This document shows positions 20,234 through 30,521 of a DNA stretch of 64,000 nucleotides, piece by piece. The translations under genes and the position numbers were made by a program. Below the pieces are notes generated by a model that worked only from the letters and a program-made list of their open reading frames with translations, had not been told where the DNA came from and searched no databases. Numbering within the stretch: position 1 is the first letter of the stretch; every line of letters starts with the position of its first letter. Source of the DNA: Longimicrobiales bacterium (lineage in GTDB: Bacteria; Gemmatimonadota; Gemmatimonadetes; Longimicrobiales; Gaopeijiaceae). Location: the NCBI GenBank assembly GCA_965226375.1, contig CBDDCX010000008.1, forward strand, positions 1,344,001 to 1,408,000, in the 5' to 3' direction.

Positions 20234-22066
20234 TCACCACCGGGCCCAGGGTGCCGGTGTGCCGGACTCCACGTGTTCGGCGAGAGTCTGTATGGAATCC
20301 ACCGGGATGCCGTACTTGCGACGGAGGTAGAAGTCGGCGGCCTTGGCGGCGATCGGAGCGGCCATCGCGGAACCGCTCCCCCCAAATTCGACCAACGCCA
20401 CGACAACGATCTCTGGCTCTCCACCCCAGGGACCCGCCATGCCCGCGAACCACGCGTGGGCCCGTTCCGGATCCTGAGCGTTTTGGCCACTTCCGGTCTT
20501 TCCGATGATCTCCCAGTGCTCGAGCGAGGCCCTGTAGTGCGCCGTACCGCCCGGCGCCGTGACCCTACGCATTCCCTCGCGGAGTTGCTCGATGCTCTCG
20601 CGAGAGAGGTTGAGCCGCCACCCTTCTCGCGGATCGGGGTCTGCCAACAGGTGCGGGGCGGGAGCCGAGCCGTCACGGGCGAGCGCCATGTAGAACTGGG
20701 CCATCTTGAGTGGCGTCTGTGAATTCGGTCCCTGTCCGAGTGCGAGACTCAACACCTCGCCCTCCAGAGGCCGGGAACCAAAACGCCGTTCCCAGAACGC
20801 ACGTTCCTCCGGAAAGATGCCCCGACTCTCCTGGGGCAGGTCGATGCCGCACTGTTCCGCGAAACCGATCTTGGTGCCCGCCTCGAGCATGCGATCCAGG
20901 CCGATTCTCATCCCGAGTTGGTAGAAGTACACGTTGCACGACTGGGCGATGGCTCCAGCGAGATCGAGGAAGCCGTGTCCCGAGGCAAGCCAGCAAGAGC
21001 GATATTGGCCGCCGTACGTCAATCCGCCCGTGCACGGAATCGGCATCTCTTCATGAGGCCCTACGACGCCAAGGTCGAGGCCGATGCCGGCCGCGGCCAA
21101 CTTCCAGGTGGATGCCGGGGGATAGAGACCCATCACGGTCCGATTGAGCAGCGGCTTCTGCGGATCCGTATTGAGTACGTCCCAATCCTCCGTGCTTATG
21201 CCGCCCACGAAATCGTTGGGATCGAACGTCGGCGCGGAGTAAAGCGCCAGGACACCTCCATCTGCAGGATCCAATGCCACCACCGCGCCCGGAAGGGAGT
21301 CTGGAAAGATGCTGTGGATCCACTCCATCAACTCCAAATCGAGCGTCAATTCGAGATCTTGGCCGGGCTCTCCCGGATCCTCTTCGATGCCGGCCAAGGG
21401 ACCGACGATGCGTCCGGTGGCGTCGACCTCCAGGTAGCGCATACCCTGCCGGCCCTGGAGCACCTCCTCGTATTGACGCTCGATTCCGACCTTTCCGACC
21501 AAGATGCCCTGCTCGTATTCGGCGAAGCGGTCGGTCTTCAGCTCTTCGGCCGTGACTTCACTGACGTACCCGATCGCGTGTGCCACCGCTTCTTCACCAT
21601 AGTAACGGCGCTTGGGTCGCATCTCGATGTAGACACCGGGAAAGCTTTCCCGTCGCTCCTCCAAGACCGAGATGGCCGCGAAGTCGGCATCGATATCCAC
21701 CAAGAGGGGCTGGTGACGACGGACCCGCGCCATGAGACGCTCGATCCCTGCGTCCGAAAGTGCGAGGTGGGGCCGCAGTCCCTCCAGCGTCTCCCGCGTG
21801 GATTCCCTGGAATCTCTCAAGACGTAAACCGCGTACCCGGGAACGTTGTCGGCGATGACTCGCCCGTATCGATCGAACACGGTCCCGCGGGGCGCCGGGA
21901 CGGCCAGGGGGCGGAACCGGTTGGACTCGGAGCGGAGCTTGTAGTCGCTGGACCGAAGCACTTGCACCCTGAAGAACTGCAGACCCAGAGTGCCGAGGAC
22001 GACCACGGCAATGCCCAAAGCGCCGTGTGCTCTCAGTCTCTTTCGGTGGGGGTGCTGTGCTCTCAC
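20234..22066 (-). CDS. mrdA: Penicillin-binding protein 2
   Basis: RGTVFDR; SxxK (STWK), SCN and KTG motifs; GTG start at 22066 overlapping the mreD stop. Confidence 0.95.
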   Translation of the reverse strand: MRAQHPHRKRLRAHGALGIAVVVLGTLGLQFFRVQVLRSSDYKLRSESNRFRPLAVPAPRGTVFDRYGRVIADNVPGYAVYVLRDSRESTRETLEGLRPHLALSDAGIERLMARVRRHQPLLVDIDADFAAISVLEERRESFPGVYIEMRPKRRYYGEEAVAHAIGYVSEVTAEELKTDRFAEYEQGILVGKVGIERQYEEVLQGRQGMRYLEVDATGRIVGPLAGIEEDPGEPGQDLELTLDLELMEWIHSIFPDSLPGAVVALDPADGGVLALYSAPTFDPNDFVGGISTEDWDVLNTDPQKPLLNRTVMGLYPPASTWKLAAAGIGLDLGVVGPHEEMPIPCTGGLTYGGQYRSCWLASGHGFLDLAGAIAQSCNVYFYQLGMRIGLDRMLEAGTKIGFAEQCGIDLPQESRGIFPEERAFWERRFGSRPLEGEVLSLALGQGPNSQTPLKMAQFYMALARDGSAPAPHLLADPDPREGWRLNLSRESIEQLREGMRRVTAPGGTAHYRASLEHWEIIGKTGSGQNAQDPERAHAWFAGMAGPWGGEPEIVVVALVEFGGSGSAMAAPIAAKAADFYLRRKYGIPVDSIQTLAEHVESGTPAPWARW

Positions 22067-22545
22067 CGTACGGGCTCCCACCCGATGCCACTGATGGCTA
22101 CCACGCCGAGTCCGATCAAGGCGGCGTATACGGCTGCTAGAGGCGAATTGATAAGCATGGTGTCGACGAAAGGTTCTCTCACTGACTCGCCTACCGCAAC
22201 CCAGTGCAGGAGATCCCTGCACCACTTTCCGAAGACGAGATACGACACCATGAATATGAGAGAATCGCCCACGAACAGATCCCTGGTCTTCGCTCCCGCC
22301 GCTCCGACCAGAGTCAGGGCGAAGGCGTTGGCTCCGAAGGCCAGGACCGAGAACGCGTCATCCAGGAGCCCCAGGAAGAACCCGAGACCCGATCCGGCAC
22401 CCACCCCAACTTCGCGGGCGCCGATCAGGACAGCCACGATAAGCAGATCGGGGGCGCCCTTGCCAAGGCCGAGATTGAGATGAAGGCCAAAGTGGAGAAC
22501 GACCAGAAGACCTACGACGATCCAGACCCTGAGGGAGCCCTTCAT
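22063..22545 (-). CDS. mreD: Rod shape-determining protein MreD
   Basis: Hydrophobic 160 aa with PDLL and GFFLGLLDD; lies between mreC and mrdA. Confidence 0.9.
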   Translation of the reverse strand: MKGSLRVWIVVGLLVVLHFGLHLNLGLGKGAPDLLIVAVLIGAREVGVGAGSGLGFFLGLLDDAFSVLAFGANAFALTLVGAAGAKTRDLFVGDSLIFMVSYLVFGKWCRDLLHWVAVGESVREPFVDTMLINSPLAAVYAALIGLGVVAISGIGWEPVR

Positions 22546-23462
22546 GTGCCCGGCCTTCTCACTGGCACAGCGCCCTCATCCTGGCGATCTGGTCCCTCAC
22601 CGGTCTCGGACGTGGCCCCGTCTCTCCACACCTCTCCCACGTCTTCGACTCCCCCGCCCGGCACCAGCACGAGAACATGCGTGGCCTCGCCGGGGGAAAC
22701 GAAGGGTTGCAGCCAATACGACCGCCGCCATCCCGCTCGGGCTTCCGCCTCTTCCAGCACGGTGCCGATGGGGATTCCTCGAGGATACACGCCGCCGAGG
22801 GCGCTCGTCACCAAGACCGTGCCGGGCATCAGCTCCTCGTGAAACGGAATGCCGTCCAACAGCAACCGATCGGCCTCACGGAACAGCCCTCGAGTAGCCT
22901 GCACCAGGCCATAGACCACTCCATCCAACGTCATGGCACTGGCACGGAACTCGGGATGGGTCCAATCCATGCCCACAGCGTTGTTCTCTCGGGACTCCCG
23001 CACTACACCGAGCAGTCCACGCCCCATGATCACAGGCGTGTTGGCCGCCACACCCGCACGAGCGCCGACGTCGAGAAGAAACATGCTCTCCGAACCCGGG
23101 GTCCCCGGTCGGATCACACTCGCGGCCACGTAAGACACCGAAAGTCGCTCGGAGAGCTCCAGCAGGCGACGGAGCCGATCGTTCTCTTCTCCCAACGTAG
23201 TTTGATCCGAGAGGACCGCCGCCAGGGAATCGAGCTGCTGCTGTAGCACCTCTGTCTCGGCAGCGTGCACCCGCCGACGCGCGAGTCCCTCCTGGGTCAT
23301 CACGAAAGGCCGTAGGACGCTGCGGCGAACGAGTGAGGCCAATTGTTGTTGGGGACCGACGGGAAGGTAGAGCACCAGCAGAGAGGCCACGACGAACCCC
23401 AGGGCAATCAGTCCTCCGCGGCTCGGTTCCGCCCCGTCGGTTTCGTTCGTGTACGTTGGCAT
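22542..23462 (-). CDS. mreC: Rod shape-determining protein MreC
   Basis: TM then coiled coil ENDRLRRLL; VTSALGGVYPRGIPIG; start ATG at 23462. Confidence 0.93.
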   Translation of the reverse strand: MPTYTNETDGAEPSRGGLIALGFVVASLLVLYLPVGPQQQLASLVRRSVLRPFVMTQEGLARRRVHAAETEVLQQQLDSLAAVLSDQTTLGEENDRLRRLLELSERLSVSYVAASVIRPGTPGSESMFLLDVGARAGVAANTPVIMGRGLLGVVRESRENNAVGMDWTHPEFRASAMTLDGVVYGLVQATRGLFREADRLLLDGIPFHEELMPGTVLVTSALGGVYPRGIPIGTVLEEAEARAGWRRSYWLQPFVSPGEATHVLVLVPGGGVEDVGEVWRDGATSETGEGPDRQDEGAVPVRRPGT

Positions 23463-23511
23463 AGGTGCTACCGAGCCCTGAGGACGGTTGGTCTCTGGTA
23501 AGATCCCTACA

Positions 23512-24558
23512 TTACGTGGCCAGCACCGTGCGGTACTTCCGCAGGTCGTCCAATATCCGACCGGCACCTCGCACCACGCAGGTAAGGGGCTCTTCATCCA
23601 CATGGATGGGCAGGTTTGTTTCGTGCTGCAGGAGCCTGTCCAAGCCCCGAATCAGGGCGCCTCCTCCCGTCATCACGATGCCCCGGTCCACGATGTCGCT
23701 CGAAAGTTCAGGGGGCGTAATCTCCAGCGCCCGCCGTACGGCCTCCACGACCGCCTGGATCGGTTCCTGGATACACTCACGGATCTCCTGCGAATGCACG
23801 TGGACGGTCTTGGGGATACCGCTTACGAGGTCCCGCCCTTTCACGTCCATCTCCCGCTCCTCGCCGGACTCGAAGGCCGATCCGATCTGGATCTTGATCG
23901 CCTCCGCTGTCGGCTCGCCGATCAGGAGGTTGTAGTTCTTTCGAAGAAACGTGACGATGGCTCCGTCCAGCTCGTCTCCACCGACCCGGATCGACGTGTT
24001 CGATACGATTCCCGCCAGGGCGATGACCGCGATTTCGGTGGTTCCCCCGCCGATGTCGATGACCATGTTGCCGGTGGGAGTCTCCACCGGCAGTCCGACG
24101 CCGATGGCCGCGGCCATGGGCTCCGCAACCATGTAGACCGCCTTGGCACCCGCCGAGATCGCGCTCGCACGCACGGCTCGGCGCTCCAGCTCGGTGATCC
24201 CCGACGGCACACCGACCACCACCCGGGGCTTAATACGAAAAACCCGCTTGGCGGTGACCTGCTTGAGGAAGTGACGGAGCATCATCTCCGTCACGTCGAC
24301 ATCGGCGATGACGCCGTCCTTGAGGGGCCGAACGGCTTCGATCCCCTCGGGCGTGCGGCCCAGCATACGCTTGGCCTCGAGCCCGACACCCATGATACGG
24401 CCAGACCCCTTGTCCACCGCCACAACCGAAGGTTCGTTGAGGACGATTCCCTCGCCCTTCACATACACGAGGGTATTGGCCGTACCAAGATCCACCGCAA
24501 TGTCGTTCACGGGAATCAGCCGGCCGGCTTCAAGCCAATCCTTGAAAGTCTGGGCTAT
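23512..24558 (-). CDS. mreB: Cell-shape actin homolog MreB
   Basis: DLGTANT, EPSVVA, DIGGGTTE, TGGGAL; first canonical start is GTG at 24510, probable ATA start at 24558 (see findings). Confidence 0.97.
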   Translation of the reverse strand: MAQTFKDWLEAGRLIPVNDIAVDLGTANTLVYVKGEGIVLNEPSVVAVDKGSGRIMGVGLEAKRMLGRTPEGIEAVRPLKDGVIADVDVTEMMLRHFLKQVTAKRVFRIKPRVVVGVPSGITELERRAVRASAISAGAKAVYMVAEPMAAAIGVGLPVETPTGNMVIDIGGGTTEIAVIALAGIVSNTSIRVGGDELDGAIVTFLRKNYNLLIGEPTAEAIKIQIGSAFESGEEREMDVKGRDLVSGIPKTVHVHSQEIRECIQEPIQAVVEAVRRALEITPPELSSDIVDRGIVMTGGGALIRGLDRLLQHETNLPIHVDEEPLTCVVRGAGRILDDLRKYRTVLAT

Positions 24559-24594
24559 CGGGGATTCTCTCTAGTGTCAGATCTTGAAGGCATC

Positions 24595-24623
24595 ACTCTA
24601 CCATCACCTCAAGATGCCTGCAA
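24595..24623 (-). promoter_or_regulatory. Candidate mreB promoter
   Basis: TTGCAG-N17-TAGAGT with extended TG; further TTGACG and TTGACA hexamers just upstream. Confidence 0.45.
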
Positions 24624-24678
24624 GAAATGTGGCGTCAAGTTATTGTCAAACTGTCAGTTGCAGGATCCGGGCCACCGC

Positions 24679-25125
24679 TTATCCGCGTCCGGTGCTTCCG
24701 AAGCCGTCCGAGCCCCTGGCCGTGACTCCGAGTTCCTCGGACTCGACCACTTCAGGCGTCGCAAAGCGGTTGAAGACCAACTGGGCGATCCGCTCCCCAC
24801 GCTCGATACGCACCGCCTCGGCCCCGTTGTTCTGCATGATGATCCGTAATTCACCTCTGTAATCCGGGTCGATGGTGCCCGGACTGTTGGGAAGCGTGAT
24901 GCCGTGGCGAAGGGCGAGGCCCGACCGAGGACGTACTTGACACTCAAGGCCCTCGGGCAACTCCATATTCAAGCCCGTGGCGACCAGCCGAATCTCCCTC
25001 GGCTCGAGCACGAAGTCCTCTTCGGCGGATCGCACATCATAACCGGCGGCATGTTTCGTCGCGCGAGTCGGCAACGGAAGATCCGGATTGCTGTCGAGGC
25101 GCCTGAACCGTACGAGGTCGCCCAA
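24679..25125 (-). CDS. dut: dUTP diphosphatase
   Basis: [34 protein letters not shown]. Confidence 0.97.
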   Translation of the reverse strand: MGDLVRFRRLDSNPDLPLPTRATKHAAGYDVRSAEEDFVLEPREIRLVATGLNMELPEGLECQVRPRSGLALRHGITLPNSPGTIDPDYRGELRIIMQNNGAEAVRIERGERIAQLVFNRFATPEVVESEELGVTARGSDGFGSTGRG

Positions 25126-25129
25126 TCCG

Positions 25130-26260
25130 TCAGGCCTGCAATGCCGCGTCGAGGAAGTCCTGGACGTTGGCGCAATCCAGCCCGAACGCCTCGGCGACTC
25201 CCGGATACGTGATCTGTCCGTCCACGATATTCACACCCAATGCCAACGCGGGGTCCCGCCGGCACGCGGCCTGCCAACCCTCCGTCGCCAGGGTGATGGC
25301 GTATGGCAGTGTGGCGTTCGTCAGAGCGAGGGTGCTCGTTCTGGGCACACCACCCGGCATGTTGGCGACACCGTAGTGGATAACGCCGTGGACTGTGTAG
25401 ATGGGATCGCCGTGCGTGGTGGGACGGATCGTTTCTACACAACCACCCTGGTCCACCGCCACATCCACGATCACGGAACCCGGCTTCATCGCCTTGAGAT
25501 CGTCCTCGACGATGAGGTTGGGTGCCTTGGCGCCGTGGAGCAGCACCGCGCCCACCACCAGGTCGGCGTCTTCGATCTGTTTCCGAATAGCGTACCGGGT
25601 CGAATAAAGCAGGTTCACGTTGGCCGGCATGATGCCTTCCAGGTGGCGAAGGCGCGCGAGCGACACGTCCAGAAGCGCCACTCGAGCACCGAGTCCCGCA
25701 GCCATGAGGGCGGCGTGCATCCCGACGATGCCACCCCCGAGGATGACGACCTTACCGGGTAATACCCCCGGGACACCGCCGAGGAGCACGCCCGCTCCCC
25801 CGGAGTGACGCTCGAGGTACTTGGCACCTTCCTGCACCGCCATGCGACCTGCGACCTCGCTCATCGGAGTCAGGAGGGGCAGTTCTCCGCTAGGCAGTTC
25901 CACGGTCTCGTACGCGATGGCAACGGCCTTGGAGGCGATGACCGCTTGGGTCAACGCTTCGGATGACGCGAAATGGAAGTAGGTGAAAAGGATCTGATTG
26001 GGCCGCATTTTCTCCCACTCCGACTCGATGGGCTCCTTGACCTTCATGATCATCTCGGCCCTGGCCCATACCTCGTCCGAGGTGGGTACCAGCTCGGCGC
26101 CGGCCGCCGCGTAAAAGTCGTCGGTGAAGCCGCTCCCCTGGCCGGCCCCAGCCTCGAGCAGGACCTGATGGCCCGCCCGGGTCAACGCTTCGGCACCCGC
26201 CGGCGTCAGAGCCACTCGGTACTCCTCTTGCTTTATCTCCTTCGGTACTCCAATCAGCAT
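25130..26260 (-). CDS. ald: Alanine dehydrogenase
   Basis: [42 protein letters not shown]. Confidence 0.96.
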   Translation of the reverse strand: MLIGVPKEIKQEEYRVALTPAGAEALTRAGHQVLLEAGAGQGSGFTDDFYAAAGAELVPTSDEVWARAEMIMKVKEPIESEWEKMRPNQILFTYFHFASSEALTQAVIASKAVAIAYETVELPSGELPLLTPMSEVAGRMAVQEGAKYLERHSGGAGVLLGGVPGVLPGKVVILGGGIVGMHAALMAAGLGARVALLDVSLARLRHLEGIMPANVNLLYSTRYAIRKQIEDADLVVGAVLLHGAKAPNLIVEDDLKAMKPGSVIVDVAVDQGGCVETIRPTTHGDPIYTVHGVIHYGVANMPGGVPRTSTLALTNATLPYAITLATEGWQAACRRDPALALGVNIVDGQITYPGVAEAFGLDCANVQDFLDAALQA

Positions 26261-26382
26261 GATATATGGGGTTTGTGTGGAAATCGTGGGGTCTCATCAA
26301 CTCCAGAAACTACCAAATCGAGCGAGCTCAAGCGACCCTCCGAGGAGGCGAGTCGTCGGGCTGCGAACACCGGTGAACGCAA

Positions 26383-27603
26383 TCACGGGCCCAAGCTCAG
26401 AGCGTACTGGTCCTCCGGGTCGAAAAATCGTGCGCAAGCGGTATTGACCTCTTCCAGGGTGACGGCGTCGACCCGGGCCAAGGACTCCTCCAACTCCCGA
26501 TAAGGCTCCCCGCGCAAAGCGTACCCAGCGACTCGCTGAAGCCGAGCACCGGTGGACTCCATGGACAGGATCATGTGCCCCTTGCTCTGGTTCTTGGCCT
26601 GTTCGAGCTCGAGGGCCGTGAGGCCATCTGCGTGGAGCAGCCGGTATTCCGCACGAATGGCGTCGAGGGCCTGCTCCCGAGACTCCGGCCGGGTGCCGAC
26701 ATACACGCCCGCCGCTCCGGCCCGGCTATAGAACGACTGGTACGAGAATACCGAGTAGGCCAAAGCCATTTCCTCCCGAATCCGTTGGAAGAGCCGTGAG
26801 CTCATGCCTCCTCCAAACGCGCTCGAAATCAGTATCAGAGCGTCACGTACCGGATCCTGGTGCGACGGCGTACGGTTACCGACCACCACGTGCGCCTGGG
26901 CCGCCTGACGAGACACCAAGTCATGTCCGGTCGTGCTCTCCGCGGGCTGGTCAACCTCCGCACCCGGGTCCCCTGCGTAGGCCGGGCCGAAGAGCCTGAC
27001 AACGTGTTCAGCAACGACGTCGTGATCGACGTTGCCCGCACACGCAACCAATATGTTCCCACCGTGGTACTTCTCGGTGTGCAGCCGCCGGGCATCCTCG
27101 ATACTGAGCGCAGCAACCGTTTCGCGGGTGCCGAGGATGGCCTGACCGTACGGGTGACCGTTCCAGAAGCGCTCACCGTGAAGATCGAAGACGAGATCGT
27201 CCGGTGTGTCCTCGACGCCCGCGATTTCTTCCAGGACCACGGCACGCTCGAGCTCCAGGTCCGTCGGGGCGAGGCGAGGGTGTAGCACGAGATCGGCCAG
27301 CACATCGAGAGCCTCCGGCACATGTTCGTCCAGCACCCGGGCCTGGTAGCTGGTGTGCTCCCGGGTAGTGTAGGCGTCCAGCCCGCCTCCAAGAGACTCC
27401 AGCGAGAGAGCGATCTCGTGCGCGCTGCGTCGCTCCGTGCCCTTGAAGACCAGATGCTCCAGGAGATGGCTGACCCCAAGCACGTCCGACGATTCATGAG
27501 CCGAGCCCTGCTTCAGCCACACGCCCACAGCGGCGGAGCGTATTCCGGGAATCGGTTCCGTTACGAGACGGACTCCGTTGTCCAGCCGTGTTTCACGCAT
27601 CAC
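26383..27603 (-). CDS. M16 (pitrilysin) family Zn peptidase
   Basis: HLLEH inverted Zn motif; GGMSSRLFQ.IRE...LAYSV. Confidence 0.93.
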   Translation of the reverse strand: MMRETRLDNGVRLVTEPIPGIRSAAVGVWLKQGSAHESSDVLGVSHLLEHLVFKGTERRSAHEIALSLESLGGGLDAYTTREHTSYQARVLDEHVPEALDVLADLVLHPRLAPTDLELERAVVLEEIAGVEDTPDDLVFDLHGERFWNGHPYGQAILGTRETVAALSIEDARRLHTEKYHGGNILVACAGNVDHDVVAEHVVRLFGPAYAGDPGAEVDQPAESTTGHDLVSRQAAQAHVVVGNRTPSHQDPVRDALILISSAFGGGMSSRLFQRIREEMALAYSVFSYQSFYSRAGAAGVYVGTRPESREQALDAIRAEYRLLHADGLTALELEQAKNQSKGHMILSMESTGARLQRVAGYALRGEPYRELEESLARVDAVTLEEVNTACARFFDPEDQYALSLGP

Positions 27604-27619
27604 TGGACCCTACCTCCTC

Positions 27620-27664
27620 AAAAAGGCCCAAGGGGGCATGGACGAATCGCCCACACCCCCTTGG
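27620..27664 (-). terminator. Long hairpin with U-tract after pnp
   Basis: Minus strand ccaagggggtgtgggcg-att-cgtccatgcccccttgg followed by gccttttt. Confidence 0.7.
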
Positions 27665-27687
27665 AAGTCCTTTCGTGCTTTGGTCGG

Positions 27688-29859
27688 TCAGCTGACTGCC
27701 TCCTCGACCTCTTGCTCCTCGTCGGACTTGCTGTCCTCGGATTCGTCACCGTCTGACCCCGAGAGCGCATCCTCCGCCATCGCAGCCTTCCGCGAAAGCC
27801 GGAGTCGGCCCTTCTCGTCGATGGAGAGGAGCTTCACACGAGTGATATCTCCCTTGTTCAGCACGTCCTCGGTCTTCTCTACCCTGCCCTCTGCGAGCTC
27901 GGATATATGGCACAGACCCTCGACTCCAGGGACGATCTCGATGAAGGCTCCGAAAGACGTGGTGTTCTTCACGGGACCCTCGTAAATTCGGCCGACCTCG
28001 GGCTCCTGAACAATGGCTTCGATCATCTCGCGAGCCCGCGCGCCGGCCTCGCCGGACACGGCCGCGATCTTCACGAGACCCGAATCATCGATATCGATCT
28101 TGGCCCCAGATTCCTCCTGGATGGCCCGGATCGTCTTGCCCTTAGGCCCGATGATGTCCCCGATCTTCGAGGGGTTGATCTGGAGCGACACGATGCGGGG
28201 AGCGTACTGAGACAGATCGCTCCGCGGCTCGGCCAAGGCCTGCTCCATGACATCGAGAATGTGCATACGACCCGTATGCGCGCGCTCGAGGGCGGTCTTC
28301 AGGATGTCACTGGTGAGCCCGTCGCACTTGATGTCCATCTGGATCGATGTGATACCGTCACGCGTGCCCGCGATCTTGAAGTCCATGTCACCCAGGGCGT
28401 CCTCGAGCCCCAGGATGTCGGTCAGAATGGCGACGTCGTCGCCCTCCTTGATCAAGCCCATGGCCACACCCGCGACCGCTGCCTTTATCGGCGCGCCCGC
28501 ATCCATCAGCGCCAGCGAGGCACCACAGACGGTAGCCATGGAGGACGACCCGTTGGACTCGAGAACGTCGGAGACGATACGAATCGTGTAGGGGAAGTCG
28601 TCGTAGGCCGGAAGCAACGGACGGATCGCCCGTTCGGCCAGGGCTCCATGACCCTGCTCACGCCGCGTCGTGCCGCGGAAGGGCCTCGCCTCACCCACGG
28701 AGAACGCGGGGAAATTGTAGTGCAGCATGAACGACTTGGTGACTTCTTCCGCAGTGTCGATCGAGTCGATCCGCTGCTCGTCCCTGGACGTGCCGAGCGT
28801 CGTCACCACGAGGGCCTGTGTCTGGCCACGCGTGAAGAGCGCCGAACCGTGGGTCCGGGGTAGGATTCCAACCTCGGAGGTGATGGGGCGGACGTCTTCG
28901 AGACCGCGGCCGTCGGCACGCTCGCCCGAGTCCAGAATCCGCCTGCGCATCGAGCTCTTCTCGATGTTGCGAAGCACCTCTTTGATGGACTTCTCGTGCT
29001 CGGAGTATGCCTCGTCCTCTTCGACCAGGCGGCCGATCACGTCTTCGGCCACGGCGGCCATCGCTTGATTGCGCTCCGCCTTATCGGAGAGCGTCAGCGC
29101 TTCCTTGATGCGATCCTCGGCCATCTCGGTCACGCGGTCGGCCAGAGCCTGCTCCGGCAGGATGGGAGACCACTCCATGTCGGGCACCGTGTGGCCCTCG
29201 AGGAGTTCCCTCTGGATGCCGATGAGCTCTTTGATTCCCTCGTGGGCAATCTCGAGCCCCTCCAGGATGTCCGCCTCGGAGACCTCCAGAGATCCGCCCT
29301 CGACCATGAGAAGGGCGTCCTCGGACCCCGATACGACGATGTCGATATCGGAGTACTCAAGCTGCTGGAATGTCGGGTTCAAGACCCACGTGTCCCGAAT
29401 GCGTCCAATGCGCACGGAGGCAACGAGCGTGTTGAAAGGGACCTTGGACAGGTTCAGCGCCACCGAGGCACCGAGCATGGCCAGAACATCCGCAGAGTTT
29501 TCCTGGTCGGCGCTCAGGATAAAGCACGCGACCTGGGTCTCATGCATGAATCCCTCGGGGAACAGGGGCCGGAGCGGACGGTCGGTGAGACGGGCCGCGA
29601 GAACCTCGTTCTCGCCGGGGCGTCCCTCACGTTTGAAGAAGCCACCGGGAATCTTCCCGGCAGCATAGCTCTTTTCCCTATACTCGATCGTGAGCGGGAA
29701 GAAGGGCAGATGGGTGGGTCGGTCCTGGACCGTGACGGCACACAGGACCACCGTGTCGCCAAACTGCACAAGGCAAGAACCCTGTGCGAGCTTGGCCATG
29801 CGCCCGAACTCGAGGCTTAAAGTGCGCCCCGCGAACTGGCGTTCGATTCTCTGAATCAT
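27688..29859 (-). CDS. pnp: Polyribonucleotide nucleotidyltransferase (PNPase)
   Basis: GKIPGGF.KREGRP, HGSALFTRGQTQ, ESNGSSSMA, GDMDFK; KH and S1 domains. Confidence 0.98.
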   Translation of the reverse strand: MIQRIERQFAGRTLSLEFGRMAKLAQGSCLVQFGDTVVLCAVTVQDRPTHLPFFPLTIEYREKSYAAGKIPGGFFKREGRPGENEVLAARLTDRPLRPLFPEGFMHETQVACFILSADQENSADVLAMLGASVALNLSKVPFNTLVASVRIGRIRDTWVLNPTFQQLEYSDIDIVVSGSEDALLMVEGGSLEVSEADILEGLEIAHEGIKELIGIQRELLEGHTVPDMEWSPILPEQALADRVTEMAEDRIKEALTLSDKAERNQAMAAVAEDVIGRLVEEDEAYSEHEKSIKEVLRNIEKSSMRRRILDSGERADGRGLEDVRPITSEVGILPRTHGSALFTRGQTQALVVTTLGTSRDEQRIDSIDTAEEVTKSFMLHYNFPAFSVGEARPFRGTTRREQGHGALAERAIRPLLPAYDDFPYTIRIVSDVLESNGSSSMATVCGASLALMDAGAPIKAAVAGVAMGLIKEGDDVAILTDILGLEDALGDMDFKIAGTRDGITSIQMDIKCDGLTSDILKTALERAHTGRMHILDVMEQALAEPRSDLSQYAPRIVSLQINPSKIGDIIGPKGKTIRAIQEESGAKIDIDDSGLVKIAAVSGEAGARAREMIEAIVQEPEVGRIYEGPVKNTTSFGAFIEIVPGVEGLCHISELAEGRVEKTEDVLNKGDITRVKLLSIDEKGRLRLSRKAAMAEDALSGSDGDESEDSKSDEEQEVEEAVS

Positions 29860-30049
29860 TTCTCTCTTTTTCTGCTTTCGGTCGAGCGGGACCATCCCGC
29901 CCGACGATGTCTCGCCCGTCGGGGCATTCCCGACCGGGTCGATACAGCAGGTACCGAAGAGAGATCGACCGCCGCAATGCAGGGCACGGCGTGCCCCGAC
30001 CGATTGCAGCTATTTGGTTGGGCCGATTCTCCATCGGGTCCTGCTGACC

Positions 30050-30083
30050 AAAAACGAAACGGCGACCGACCTTCCGGCCGCCG
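30050..30083 (-). terminator. Intrinsic terminator after rpsO
   Basis: Minus strand cggcggccgg-aagg-tcggtcgccg followed by tttcgttttt. Confidence 0.7.
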
Positions 30084-30104
30084 CCGATTCGCGTCCGCCT
30101 CTGT

Positions 30105-30365
30105 CTAGTGGCGGAGTCCTAGGTCCGCGATGAGCTCGCGGTAACGTTCCATGTCCGTCCGCTTCAGGTACTCCAACAACCGGCGTCGGCGTCCAACCAT
30201 CTTGAGGAGGCCTCGGCGACTATGGTGATCCTTCTTGTGGTCGTCGAAGTGGGACCTGAGGTCGTTGATGCGAGCCGTCAGGATCGCAGCCTGGACCGGA
30301 GCGCTCCCGACGTCTCCGTCGTGGAGCTGATGCTTCTGAATAATCTCTGTTCTGTTAATCGTCAT
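30105..30365 (-). CDS. rpsO: 30S ribosomal protein S15
   Basis: [34 protein letters not shown]. Confidence 0.98.
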   Translation of the reverse strand: MTINRTEIIQKHQLHDGDVGSAPVQAAILTARINDLRSHFDDHKKDHHSRRGLLKMVGRRRRLLEYLKRTDMERYRELIADLGLRH

Positions 30366-30435
30366 GCCTGCGTTTGCCTCCGCGAGAGTCTGCGCTACAA
30401 GGGAAGCTGATTCGTCCTTTTACGAACAGCCATTT

Positions 30436-30464
30436 AAGGTAGCGGGACCGGTGTGGGGCAACAA
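30436..30464 (-). promoter_or_regulatory. Candidate rpsO promoter
   Basis: TTGTTG-N17-TACCTT on minus strand, followed by a hairpin-containing leader. Confidence 0.5.
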
Positions 30465-30521
30465 CGGCTCTCCCCGTCCTCCGCGATTCACCCGAGATTT
30501 CGGGGGGACCACGGAGCTCGT

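Noticed and set aside
20918..22483. Long plus-strand ORFs (e.g. 521 aa here; also 3114-4382, 11251-12594, 23488-24849, 27907-28863)
   Set aside because: They lie antisense to well-supported genes and show no recognisable motifs; such shadow ORFs are expected from GC-rich codon bias
24628..24662. Repeated GTCA(A) words upstream of mreB as an operator
   Set aside because: Spacing is irregular and they are equally explained as -35 hexamers (TTGACA, TTGACG)
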